Positions 10,101 to 18,047 are shown, numbered from the stretch's first letter. The stretch: DNA of 30,445 bases from a virus (IMGVR_UViG_3300027753_000065:1-30445), one strand, 5' to 3'. Numbers and translations: made by a program. Notes: generated by a model not told the origin, from the letters alone.

Positions 10101-10602
10101 ATTCAGCGATTTTGTCAGTCACAAAAACAATGTAAGGCACGCACAACTCAGCCTTCTGAGTGCGGAACAACTTTGACTTGTGCTTGAGGTGCGCATCGGT
10201 GAAGTGCTCGGTGTTGGATAGGTCAGCACGTTTGAACATGATGGCCATAACATCACTCAGGTAGTGGTTCGGCTTGGTGTTCACAATCTTCTCGATGAGC
10301 TTGGTCTCTTTGACTGACAGCTTGAGCTGCGCCTCGTATGTGTAGCCATCCATCTCGATTGATGTCACTGCTTCACTTGGTGTGAATGAGTTCAGATTGA
10401 ATTCTTTTATCAGCTCAACAAACTTGCTGAATGGGTAGTCATCCCATAGGCTCTCCTTGATGCCGAGATAGCTGAACATCTCAACATATCTCTCGATGTT
10501 GTCGAAGTCGGGATTGTTTAGGATTTGGCTGATTTTTTCAAACTGCTCGATGGTCAGCTCATTCATTTTGTTAGGAATCTCCTGGTCAAATACTTGTATC
10601 AT
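10054..10602 (-). CDS. Hypothetical protein, possible tail assembly chaperone
   Basis: 182 aa; IPNKMNELTIEQFEKI resembles the N-terminus of the neighbouring ORF; AT-rich start region. Confidence 0.75.
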   Translation of the reverse strand: MIQVFDQEIPNKMNELTIEQFEKISQILNNPDFDNIERYVEMFSYLGIKESLWDDYPFSKFVELIKEFNLNSFTPSEAVTSIEMDGYTYEAQLKLSVKETKLIEKIVNTKPNHYLSDVMAIMFKRADLSNTEHFTDAHLKHKSKLFRTQKAELCVPYIVFVTDKIAEYAQANTTQGVESSQS

Positions 10603-10617
10603 AATTATTGATTTATG

Positions 10618-10644
10618 AACAAAGATACAAATTTTGCAATATAA
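10618..10644 (+). promoter_or_regulatory. Putative phage late promoter AACA-N13-TGCAATATAA
   Basis: Motif lies 2 nt before ATG 10647. Confidence 0.65.
10620..10627 (-). promoter_or_regulatory. Bacteroidota-type -7 box TATCTTTG for the inverted gene pair
   Basis: Matches TAnnTTTG, 17 nt upstream of the minus-strand ATG at 10602; no ideally spaced -33 element. Confidence 0.55.
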
Positions 10645-10646
10645 GC

Positions 10647-11624
10647 ATGACCAAAGATATTCCTATTTACAAAATCACCATTGATGATGAGTATGCCGAT
10701 GGCGAGAATCTTGGAATTGAGATGATTGCGTTCACGAGTACACCGGCCATAAAGGTTCGTGGACTTGCATTCGGAGCAGAGAAAAAAATGATTTTCGCTG
10801 ATGACTTGAAGTACCGCATCACAGCACCGGCAATGATACCAATGGACATCTACCGCAAGAGCGATGATGAGGGTGAGTATTATGTGCAGTTCACTGCTGA
10901 GGTCATTGAGCAGATTCACACCAAGTTCATGGCTGACCTCCGCAATCGTGACATCTTCAACCTGGAGCATGACACTGACAAGAAGGTGCCAGCTTATATC
11001 CTTGAAACATGGATCGTGGACAACCCAACCCAAGACAAAGCATTTAGCACATTTGGCATCGAGGTACCAAAAGGCACTCTCATGTTGACAGCCCAGGTAA
11101 CCGACAAAGACTACTTTGAAGAGCTGGTTGCCAAGGAGCAAATCGGATTCTCCATTGAGGGCTTTCTTGGTCTTAAATTAAGTAAACACTTAAACCAAAA
11201 TAACATGAACAAATTACCAGATGGGGAGCACTTAATCGATGGCAAAATCTACGTCGTAGTGGATGGCGAAATCATTGAGATTAAAGATGCGCCAATTGAA
11301 GAGGTCGCAATGGAAGAGCTTGCAGCTGAGCCAGTAGCTTTGGAAGATACAACAGTTGAAGAGACAACTGAAGAGTCAACCACTACTGATGAGGCTATGG
11401 CTATCGACCCGACAGCAGACGCAGAAGCAATTCTTGCAATTGTCTTGCCAGTGATTGAGGAACGTGAGAAGGCATTGATCGCCATGCTTGCAGACCTTCG
11501 CAATCAGATGGAAGAGATGTATGGCGAGAAAGAAGTTGAAGTTGAGGCAACCGACAACAAAACAAAAATGTCGGTGCAAGACAAATTCAGTGCAGTGAGT
11601 AAATTTTTAAACGCAAATAACTAA
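10647..11624 (+). CDS. Prohead protease (XkdF/S78-like serine peptidase) fused to acidic scaffold domain
   Basis: FNLEHD and GFSIEG catalytic-type motifs; acidic C-terminal half; lies just before the capsid gene. Start moved from 10608 to 10647. Confidence 0.8.
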   Translation: MTKDIPIYKITIDDEYADGENLGIEMIAFTSTPAIKVRGLAFGAEKKMIFADDLKYRITAPAMIPMDIYRKSDDEGEYYVQFTAEVIEQIHTKFMADLRNRDIFNLEHDTDKKVPAYILETWIVDNPTQDKAFSTFGIEVPKGTLMLTAQVTDKDYFEELVAKEQIGFSIEGFLGLKLSKHLNQNNMNKLPDGEHLIDGKIYVVVDGEIIEIKDAPIEEVAMEELAAEPVALEDTTVEETTEESTTTDEAMAIDPTADAEAILAIVLPVIEEREKALIAMLADLRNQMEEMYGEKEVEVEATDNKTKMSVQDKFSAVSKFLNANN

Positions 11625-11643
11625 TAACAAAAAACCAAAAAAA

Positions 11644-12579
11644 ATGAGCAGAAAATTAAAATTTGATTTAGACATTGACGCATCAGCGTTATTGCAAGCA
11701 AACAGCGAGGCATTCTATTCTCGTGCGTATTTGAATGAGGAAGTAGTTGACAACTACCGCACACTTCCTGGTGTCAAATATAAGACAAAAATTTCGACCG
11801 TGACTTTCGGTCAGGTCCTCCAGGCAGAGAACTGCGGATGGAACTCAAGCACTGATGACCTCTCTTCGGTTGAAATCGACGTATGTGGATTATCGGCCAT
11901 GGCTGAGATTTGTCAGTTTTCGTTGGAGCAGTCATTCGTATCTCTTCAAATGACAAAAGGTTCAAACGGTGATTTCACTGTTGCATCTTTCATGGACTTC
12001 TACTGGGGAGAAATGGCGAAAACAATCGCAGAGAACATCGAGAAACTTCGCTGGTTAGGTGACACCGAATCTGAAGTTGCTGCACTTGCTTTGTGTGATG
12101 GTTATGTGAAAGGATTGGTTGCTGATTCAGCTAACGTAATCGACATCGCTTCACCAGTTGCGATCACGCCTTCAAATGTACTTGCAAAATTGGCTTTAGT
12201 TTACGCTGCTATTCCAGCTGCTGTAATCGCCAACCAAGGTGATTTGAGAATCTATGTATCAACACCAGTTGCTACGGCTTACCGTGCTGCTGTTGCTGCT
12301 GCCAACACTCAAGCTAACTTGACTCAAGCTCTTGACTTCTCTTACTTAGGTATCAAGATGGTAATGTGTCCAGGAATGGGTACAACTTCCAAAATTGTTG
12401 CTACGTTGAAAGGCAATCTTATCTATTCTTTCGATGCTGAAGGTGATGGTAAAGCATTGCGTGCTATCAACTTGGCTGACACAGTTGCTGAGCCGGTCAT
12501 CCGTACTCGTGCTAACATGAAAGTTGGTTTCACTCACGTTAATGGTGCCGAGATTGTATTCTACAATTCAGCAGCCTAA
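11644..12579 (+). CDS. Major capsid protein
   Basis: 311 aa after the protease/scaffold; codon usage biased as for a highly expressed gene (GCT, GTT, ACT); followed by a terminator. Confidence 0.8.
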   Translation: MSRKLKFDLDIDASALLQANSEAFYSRAYLNEEVVDNYRTLPGVKYKTKISTVTFGQVLQAENCGWNSSTDDLSSVEIDVCGLSAMAEICQFSLEQSFVSLQMTKGSNGDFTVASFMDFYWGEMAKTIAENIEKLRWLGDTESEVAALALCDGYVKGLVADSANVIDIASPVAITPSNVLAKLALVYAAIPAAVIANQGDLRIYVSTPVATAYRAAVAAANTQANLTQALDFSYLGIKMVMCPGMGTTSKIVATLKGNLIYSFDAEGDGKALRAINLADTVAEPVIRTRANMKVGFTHVNGAEIVFYNSAA

Positions 12580-12587
12580 CATATTTT

Positions 12588-12614
12588 AGGGGGTGAAATT
12601 CCCCCTTTTTTTTT
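12588..12614 (+). terminator. Rho-independent terminator
   Basis: AGGGGG-TGAAATT-CCCCCT followed by a T run. Confidence 0.85.
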
Positions 12615-12636
12615 AAACTGATAAATCAAAAAAATT

Positions 12637-13155
12637 ATGGCTTGTGAAGCTTTAGAAACAATCGTAAAATCGTGCGACAACAATAGTGGTGGCATCGAGA
12701 AAATTTGGGTTAATCAGCAAGACAACATCTCATCCATTGCTTTGGATGCTACCAATACCTGGACTATTGAAACAATCACTTTGACTGGTGGTGCTCCTGA
12801 CTATACTCCTTTCGAGATACGTCGCAACACTGGAAGCTATGTTGAAGATGCTGCAATTGACCTTGTGAATGGTTCATCTTATGTCACTGCGACCATCTCT
12901 TTGATGTTCCACCGACGTGACCAAGACAAATCTCAAGCAATCAAAATCTTGGGTGCTGGTCAGCAATACCTTAACGCAATCGTGAAGGATATGAATGGTA
13001 AGTACTGGTACTTCCCGTTCCTTCAATTGAGTGCAGTTGGTGAAGGTTCTGGTACAGCTCGTGCAGATGGTAGCAAGTATTCTGTGACATTGGTTGCAGA
13101 GAATGACTTCCTCGCATACGAGATTGAAGAGGCTGCTGTTCTCGCTGTTATTTAA
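12637..13155 (+). CDS. Major tail (tube) protein
   Basis: 172 aa; MAC...C..NSGGI, AIVKDMNGKYW and GTARADGSKYSVTL pattern of Bacteroidota siphovirus tube proteins. Confidence 0.7.
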   Translation: MACEALETIVKSCDNNSGGIEKIWVNQQDNISSIALDATNTWTIETITLTGGAPDYTPFEIRRNTGSYVEDAAIDLVNGSSYVTATISLMFHRRDQDKSQAIKILGAGQQYLNAIVKDMNGKYWYFPFLQLSAVGEGSGTARADGSKYSVTLVAENDFLAYEIEEAAVLAVI

Positions 13156-13172
13156 TTTCAAATAACCTACTC

Positions 13173-13203
13173 AAAGAGCCATCCAAAAGGGTGGCTTTTT
13201 TTA
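13173..13203 (+). terminator. Rho-independent terminator
   Basis: AAAGAGCCATCC-AAAA-GGGTGGCTTTTT followed by further T. Confidence 0.85.
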
Positions 13204-13209
13204 TTTGTG

Positions 13210-13237
13210 AACATTTTTTGACCTTATTGCAATATAA
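13210..13237 (+). promoter_or_regulatory. Putative phage late promoter AACA-N14-TGCAATATAA
   Basis: Exact motif just after a terminator and 5 nt before ATG 13243. Confidence 0.72.
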
Positions 13238-13242
13238 CTATA

Positions 13243-13584
13243 ATGATATACATTAACAAGGGAGAGGTGAATTCGATTGTGCTGACACTCACAGAAGTGT
13301 CGACACTCAGTGCACCATACTATCTATTCGTTTTTCAGAACGAAATGAACCCAACATCCGACCCGATTCTATTCACAGCACCTGATGACTCCGACTATCC
13401 AGAGCGATTCAACCTATTCTACCTGGATGAGCCGATTGATGTGGAGCTGGTGAAGGGACAATATACATACAGCGTTTATGAATCAACCATACCTCCAACA
13501 GAAATCAGTGACACTACTGGAGTCGTTATTGAGGAGGGCAGAATGGTTGTAAGTGGCGCAGCAATCTCATCAATTTACGATTAA
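13243..13584 (+). CDS. Hypothetical beta-rich virion protein upstream of portal
   Basis: 113-aa acidic ORF (GQYTYSVYE, IEEGRMVV). Confidence 0.7.
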   Translation: MIYINKGEVNSIVLTLTEVSTLSAPYYLFVFQNEMNPTSDPILFTAPDDSDYPERFNLFYLDEPIDVELVKGQYTYSVYESTIPPTEISDTTGVVIEEGRMVVSGAAISSIYD

Positions 13585-13586
13585 TT

Positions 13587-14918
13587 ATGGGCATTTTTGA
13601 CCGATTCAGAACAACAAAACAAGACGCACCTGAGATGGTGGAGGGATATCAGTCCTTTTCAACACCATTCTTAAACATTGGTGCTGGCAATTTATCTCTG
13701 CCATATGTAAATGGTAGACATCAAACAAGCGGATGGATTCCATTTGGAGATTCGAATCTTTTTCCAAGCGTCTTGAATCAGCTGGTATACTCATCGCCTC
13801 TGCATGGTTCCATCGTGGACTACAAAACCAATGCAGTAGTTGGTGGAGGCATTGAGCTGAAAACATCCACGACCACACCTCAAGAACTTCTTGAATTGTA
13901 CACATTCGAAAAGAAATCTCGCTTGAAAAAGACAGTGAGAATCACCACTGAACAATTGATTGTGCACAACCGAGTATATTTCAAGCTCTACTTCGATGAG
14001 AAGATGAAGCTGAATCGCATCGAGAACGTATCCCCCGACAAAGTGCGAAGAGGTAGAGACCCACAAAGCTACTTTGTTTGTGATGACTGGAGCAGCCGCA
14101 TTGATGTGATGTCGATAAAAAGATATCACCCAACGTGCACTGATCGTTGTCAGTTATTTGTGTATGAGGTCGAGTGCTTGGGCCAGGAGTGGTATCCGCT
14201 GCCAAAATACACATCGGCACTCAATTTCGCATATCTCTCTGGCGAGCTTTCGTACTTCGCAAAGTCAAACATTCAGAACAGTGTGTTCCCATCATTTGCC
14301 ATGATGTTCCCGAAGCGACCACAGAGCGAAGAGGAGAAAAATGTCTTGAGAAATACCATCGATAAGATGAAAGGAGCTGCCAATGCTGGCAAAGCTGTCG
14401 CATTTTTTGCTAACTCACAAGACCAGCTTCCAAAGATTGAGAGCATTCCAACCAATCAAAATGATAAGCTCTTCCAGGAGGCCTCAGGATTGAATACTGA
14501 GCAGATTTGTTTCGCTCACACCATCGACCCTATCTTGATGGGTGTCCGCACCACGGGCTCACTTGGTTCTGGTAGCGATATCAAGCAAGCATATGTAATT
14601 TTTGAAAAGAATGTCGTGATGCCATTGCGTGAGCAAGTGGTTGACATCTTCAATGACATCCTTCGCATTGCCAAAATCAATGCAGATTTCACAATCAACA
14701 ACTTCCAAATCATCAATGAAACAATTGTTGAAATCGAAGGCGATGCAAGCAAGACATCTGACGCACTCAACTCACTCAGCCCATTGGTTGCTACCAAAGT
14801 ACTCGAGCAGATGACCACCAATGAAGTCAGAGCACTCGCATCACTGCCACCGATACCAGGTGGTGACCTTACTCAAGCTCAAGCAGCAGCAGCACAAACC
14901 ATAACACCTCAAGCATAA
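13587..14918 (+). CDS. Portal protein
   Basis: 443 aa; MGIFDRF start, SPLHGSIVDYK, YPLPKY, KMKGAANAGK, ICFAHTIDPILMGV and MTTNEVRALASLPPIPGGD, as in HK97/PBSX-like portals. Confidence 0.88.
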   Translation: MGIFDRFRTTKQDAPEMVEGYQSFSTPFLNIGAGNLSLPYVNGRHQTSGWIPFGDSNLFPSVLNQLVYSSPLHGSIVDYKTNAVVGGGIELKTSTTTPQELLELYTFEKKSRLKKTVRITTEQLIVHNRVYFKLYFDEKMKLNRIENVSPDKVRRGRDPQSYFVCDDWSSRIDVMSIKRYHPTCTDRCQLFVYEVECLGQEWYPLPKYTSALNFAYLSGELSYFAKSNIQNSVFPSFAMMFPKRPQSEEEKNVLRNTIDKMKGAANAGKAVAFFANSQDQLPKIESIPTNQNDKLFQEASGLNTEQICFAHTIDPILMGVRTTGSLGSGSDIKQAYVIFEKNVVMPLREQVVDIFNDILRIAKINADFTINNFQIINETIVEIEGDASKTSDALNSLSPLVATKVLEQMTTNEVRALASLPPIPGGDLTQAQAAAAQTITPQA

Positions 14919-15484
14919 TGTTGTATTTCATCACCGAATCATATCTCAAGACCAACACACCCATCACAGCAAATGTGGATGTTACTGATGTGTTCCCATA
15001 TGTAGCCACTCAAGCGCAGCTCCGGGTGATGCCGATATTGGGCACCGTATTCTACAACCATTTGCTCGAGGCATACAACGATCAAACTCTCACACCTGAA
15101 GAGGAGCAGCTGGTATTGTTCATTCAGCCGGTCATCGCATGGAGGTCCGCTGAAGATGCTGTCTTTGGTTTGACCTATCAGCTCAAGAACAAAGGACTCC
15201 AGCAGCAGAGTGGTGACTTCTCGCAGCCAGTAGGTCGCAGTGAGGTCGCATTCGGCATGGAGCACTTCGCACAGAAAGCATCATTTTTCGAGATGCGCCT
15301 CATCAGATACCTGGTCAAGAATCGTGCAGAATATCCTATCTTCATCAGCCACGAGAATCGTGACACTGACCTTCGCCCACAAATCGAGTGCGTGCAGTGC
15401 ATCGGTGATTGCTTCATGAATGGTGAGTGGAGCTGTGGATATCCACGCAATAATGGATACAACAACCAAATTCTTGTCATCTGA
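14918..15484 (+). CDS. Putative head-tail adaptor
   Basis: 188 aa, helical, coupled to the portal gene (LYFITESYLK...AQ...PILGT.FY); assignment is inference. Confidence 0.55.
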   Translation: MLYFITESYLKTNTPITANVDVTDVFPYVATQAQLRVMPILGTVFYNHLLEAYNDQTLTPEEEQLVLFIQPVIAWRSAEDAVFGLTYQLKNKGLQQQSGDFSQPVGRSEVAFGMEHFAQKASFFEMRLIRYLVKNRAEYPIFISHENRDTDLRPQIECVQCIGDCFMNGEWSCGYPRNNGYNNQILVI

Positions 15485-15711
15485 TGACTGAATTCGTCAC
15501 CATAGTTAAAAAATACGGAGTCACTGGAGTGCTGTGCTTATGGTTGTGGCACACTGACCACCGATTGAACAAGGTGGAAACCGCACTGTATGATTGCTAC
15601 AAAGAAAAGAGCTATCGACAAGCTACACACACACGAATCGAACTACCTGAGAGACTATATGCAGTGCTGCCAAATGATAAAAAAACTAATAAGCGACACA
15701 CTAAAGCCTAA
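15484..15711 (+). CDS. Small single-TM membrane protein (holin/antiholin-like)
   Basis: N-terminal hydrophobic segment YGVTGVLCLWLW; first gene of the lysis cluster. Confidence 0.55.
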   Translation: MTEFVTIVKKYGVTGVLCLWLWHTDHRLNKVETALYDCYKEKSYRQATHTRIELPERLYAVLPNDKKTNKRHTKA

Positions 15712-15901
15712 CGGCAAGTGGTCAATGAAGCGATTGAGCGCATTCACATCCTTTTGGATGGCGATTGTATATGCTCTGCTGCCACTATTCAAGCCATTCA
15801 AGGTGCATGAGTTTGTCTTTGTTGGGCTGCTCACCTACTCAGCTACTGCCATCGGGCTCACCGTATGGAATAAATCAATAAAAGATGGTCAAAACATATA
15901 G
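15674..15901 (+). CDS. Putative holin (2 TM)
   Basis: MIKKLISDTLKPNGKWSMKRL followed by two hydrophobic helices; directly before the endolysin candidate; start moved to 15674. Confidence 0.6.
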   Translation: MIKKLISDTLKPNGKWSMKRLSAFTSFWMAIVYALLPLFKPFKVHEFVFVGLLTYSATAIGLTVWNKSIKDGQNI

Positions 15902-16460
15902 CGATAAGCAACTACTTGACCGAGTGAAATCACTTGGCAACTATCATGGTATTCCATCGAGCCATTGGATTCTCGGAGTCCGGTCAAATGAGGATACAGC
16001 CAACAGCTTCGATGATAAATTCTACCTATTCAAAGGAGAGGAATTCATTTGGGTCACATCAGGTACCACCAATCCAGGAACACCGACTCTCAAGCAGTTC
16101 GAAAAAGTCAACAAGAAAGGAGCAGCTGTGCTCAAAGCAGACACCTGGTACTATAATGTTTGGAAGTTTGGCAAGCACAATGGCAAAGTCGATGCACTAC
16201 TCCAGCTCGGAGCTGCTATGCAAGTCTATCGGGACACCGATAAGGATAACAGCAGCGAAGAGCAAGGCACACTTGACAGCGGATACTTCGGCATCAACTT
16301 CCACCCAAACACATACGACTTGAGCAAGCCATCAGGCACCTCCATTGGTTGGTGGTCAGCTGGTTGCCAAGTGGTCAACAATGTCACCAAATACAAGGAG
16401 TTCATCAAGCTCTGCAAGCCACAGAAATTCACCTCTTATTGTCTGATTCATGAATTTTAA
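15885..16460 (+). CDS. Putative endolysin with L,D-transpeptidase-like (His...Ser-x-Gly-Cys) motif
   Basis: GINFH...WSAGCQV; lies between holin-like and spanin-like genes. Confidence 0.65.
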   Translation: MVKTYSDKQLLDRVKSLGNYHGIPSSHWILGVRSNEDTANSFDDKFYLFKGEEFIWVTSGTTNPGTPTLKQFEKVNKKGAAVLKADTWYYNVWKFGKHNGKVDALLQLGAAMQVYRDTDKDNSSEEQGTLDSGYFGINFHPNTYDLSKPSGTSIGWWSAGCQVVNNVTKYKEFIKLCKPQKFTSYCLIHEF

Positions 16461-16860
16461 GTCACTATTTTTGCTCATTCTTGTGACAAGTTGCACGGCC
16501 AACTATCACCTCACCAAAGCAATCAAGAAAGGATACCGCTGCGACACCGTAGCTGATACCATCCGCATCACGGCAGTGGACTCTTTTCCGGTCATTGTAG
16601 ACAATAAAATTGTGTATGAATACTATCACACCACCAAGGACACCATCGTGCGTTACAACACATCCTATGTGCCACAAACAAGATGGCAAACTCGCATAGA
16701 ATACAAGCTCAAGCGTGACACCATTCGCCAGGTGCAGAAGATAGAGGTGGCAAAGTACAAATCACAAAAAGATAAGCCCATTTTTTGGGTGCTGATTCTC
16801 GGCTTTGCGATTGGTATGGGTACCATGTACCTCTTCAGATATTCTAAAAACCAAATATGA
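16450..16860 (+). CDS. Lipoprotein with C-terminal TM, putative unimolecular spanin
   Basis: Signal peptide and lipobox (LLILVTS-C16); C-terminal TM IFWVLILGFAIGMGTMYLF. Confidence 0.62.
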   Translation: MNFKSLFLLILVTSCTANYHLTKAIKKGYRCDTVADTIRITAVDSFPVIVDNKIVYEYYHTTKDTIVRYNTSYVPQTRWQTRIEYKLKRDTIRQVQKIEVAKYKSQKDKPIFWVLILGFAIGMGTMYLFRYSKNQI

Positions 16861-17735
16861 TTGTAAAAAAGCACGCCAAGAACATCCACGAGATTCAACT
16901 CGAGGGTGAATTGGTGAAGATTGCCATGCTCTCTGACCTCCACTGGGACAATCCAAAAAGTGACTGGAAGATTCTAAAGCGTGACCTCGACTATTGCCTG
17001 GAGAACAACATCCCCGTGATGATTAATGGTGATATGTTCTGCCTAATGCAAGGCAAGGGTGATCGTAGAGGCAACAAATCTGACATCCGACCAGAGCACA
17101 ACAATGCAAAGTACCTGGATAGTGTGGTTGAGACTGCTGTGGAGTGGTTTCTACCGTATGCCCACATTTTGACTGTCATCGGATACGGCAACCACGAGAC
17201 AGCAATCATCAAGCATCAAGAAACCGACATACTTCAGCGATTCGTGGACCTACTAAACTACAAAGCTGGTAGCAATGTGTTCACTGGAGGGTATGGTGGT
17301 TGGCTTATAGTGAAGCAGCTCTTCAACGGCAATGTGCAGATGACTACCAAAATCAAATACTTTCATGGTTCAGGAGGTGGAGGGGTGGTCACCCGTGGTG
17401 CCATCAACTTGACCAGGGCTTTGGAGATGTATGAGGACTTCGATGTGTTCACGATGGGTCACATACACGAGAACGCAGCTCGCAATGACGTGCGTGACAC
17501 CGTTACCTTCCATTCCAAGACCGGATACAGAAACCATCACAAGGACATTCACCTCATGCTGACCGGTACATATAAGGAAGAGTATGGAGATGGCTCCAAA
17601 GGATGGCACGTTGAGCGTGGTGCTCCAGTGAAGCCAACTGGAGGGCGCATCCTTACCATTGAATGTGGAAGATATGAGGAGGATAAGATGAGAAAAACTG
17701 CAAAGAGTATCGATTCAATCAAATTTCCTTTGTAA
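16857..17735 (+). CDS. Calcineurin-like metallophosphoesterase
   Basis: All five motifs are present: SDLH, NGD, GNHE, FHG, GHIH. Confidence 0.88.
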   Translation: MIVKKHAKNIHEIQLEGELVKIAMLSDLHWDNPKSDWKILKRDLDYCLENNIPVMINGDMFCLMQGKGDRRGNKSDIRPEHNNAKYLDSVVETAVEWFLPYAHILTVIGYGNHETAIIKHQETDILQRFVDLLNYKAGSNVFTGGYGGWLIVKQLFNGNVQMTTKIKYFHGSGGGGVVTRGAINLTRALEMYEDFDVFTMGHIHENAARNDVRDTVTFHSKTGYRNHHKDIHLMLTGTYKEEYGDGSKGWHVERGAPVKPTGGRILTIECGRYEEDKMRKTAKSIDSIKFPL

Positions 17736-17744
17736 CTTTATATC

Positions 17745-17792
17745 CGTATTCATAATACGTTGTTTTGGGGAGCTTTCGGGCTCCCTTTTTTC
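17745..17792 (+). ncRNA. Candidate ~48-nt small RNA (CAU-loop hairpin plus terminator)
   Basis: TAACTTTA (-7-like) at 17733-17740, CGTA-TTCATAA-TACG hairpin at 17745-17759, then a terminator. Expression is unproven. Confidence 0.3.
17767..17792 (+). terminator. Rho-independent terminator ending late region
   Basis: GGGAGCT-TTCG-GGCTCCC followed by a T run. Confidence 0.88.
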
Positions 17793-17992
17793 GTATCATA
17801 CTGTGACTTTTGTATAATATACTATACCTAATCGGGTATAAACCGATTAAACTCACACTATATTGCACCTTTTCGGGTACGTTTTGTCACAAAACTTGAC
17901 CGAAAACCTTACGAAAATTGTAACAAAATAAGGGTAAAACCTTACGCTCCAAAAATAAATGTGAAAAAAAAATAAAAAAATGTTTACAAAAG

Positions 17993-18023
17993 TTTGCAGA
18001 TATGCAAAAGATGTGTATCTTTG
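17993..18023 (+). promoter_or_regulatory. Bacteroidota primary-sigma promoter (early)
   Basis: TTTG (17993-17996), 19-nt spacer, TATCTTTG (18016-18023), with A-tracts upstream; matches the -33/-7 consensus. Confidence 0.85.
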
Positions 18024-18047
18024 TCAGGTAATCAAAAACAAAACAAC

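Noticed and set aside
10054-10140. Programmed -1 frameshift joining the two putative chaperone genes
   Set aside because: No X XXY YYZ heptamer in frame; the downstream ORF is in the +1 frame and has its own ATG and paralogous N-terminus.
10608-10646. Upstream start for the protease ORF given in the track
   Set aside because: It overlaps both promoter elements; ATG 10647 fits the shared motif spacing.
17745-17792. Bona fide tRNA-Met gene
   Set aside because: Only an anticodon-like hairpin; no D arm, T arm (TTCGA) or acceptor stem.
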